58,104 nucleotides of DNA, taken from positions 1 through 58,104 of the forward strand of contig JANOOJ010000194.1 of the NCBI GenBank assembly GCA_031421295.1, written 5' to 3'. The DNA is from Novosphingobium sp. Lineage in GTDB: Bacteria; Pseudomonadota; Alphaproteobacteria; Sphingomonadales; Sphingomonadaceae. Position 1 is the stretch's first letter. Each line of letters begins with the position of its first letter. Positions 58,046-58,104 of the stretch are shown here, one piece after another. Under the pieces are notes generated by a model that had not been told where the DNA came from, made no database searches, and worked only from the letters and a program-made list of their open reading frames with translations. Both the position numbers and the translations under genes were made by a program.

Positions 58046-58104
58046 TCAGGCCCCGACTTCGGCCCGCAGCGCTTTCCGGTCGAGCTTGCCGATCATCGTC
58101 TTGG
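58046..58104 (-). CDS. C-terminal fragment of an AMP-binding acyl-CoA ligase (truncated by window edge)
   Basis: My translation KTMIGKLDRKALRAEVGA* matches the adenylate-forming A10 motif (P-x4-GK-x2-R). Confidence 0.75.
   Translation of the reverse strand, partial: KTMIGKLDRKALRAEVGA

Noticed and set aside
1-58104. tRNA, rRNA, CRISPR array, prophage, transposase, defence system or PEP-CTERM/exosortase genes
   Set aside because: None recognised; nearly all sequence is accounted for by the listed CDSs. Small ncRNAs cannot be excluded without an Rfam/Infernal search.

Overview
High-GC alphaproteobacterial chromosome window; gene content and order (sciP-mnmA, dnaJ-yihY-fabI, proA-nadD-rsfS-rlmH-envC-ctpA-dsbB-coq7, M23-bactofilin) point to Sphingomonadales (Novosphingobium/Erythrobacteraceae-like; inference). 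Left 15 kb: truncated RND pump plus housekeeping genes. Centre (about 14,980-47,660): a ~33 kb Wzx/Wzy-type surface polysaccharide locus in eight alternating-strand blocks, with wza, wzc, wzx, an EpsG-type polymerase, an O-antigen-ligase-like protein, a priming transferase, five glycosyltransferases, rml genes, several nucleotide-sugar enzymes, five SAM methyltransferases and an AsnB-like amidotransferase. Right 10 kb: conserved core genes. Beyond the ORFs I found four kinds of palindromic intergenic element, including a 56-60 bp CTAG-ended element present as two inverted copies around 12.6 kb of the polysaccharide locus. I also found five GANTC sites clustered upstream of the M23/bactofilin pair and an apparently split serine hydrolase. 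No rRNA, tRNA, CRISPR array, transposase or integrase was recognised. All calls are from motif reading; no database searches were run.
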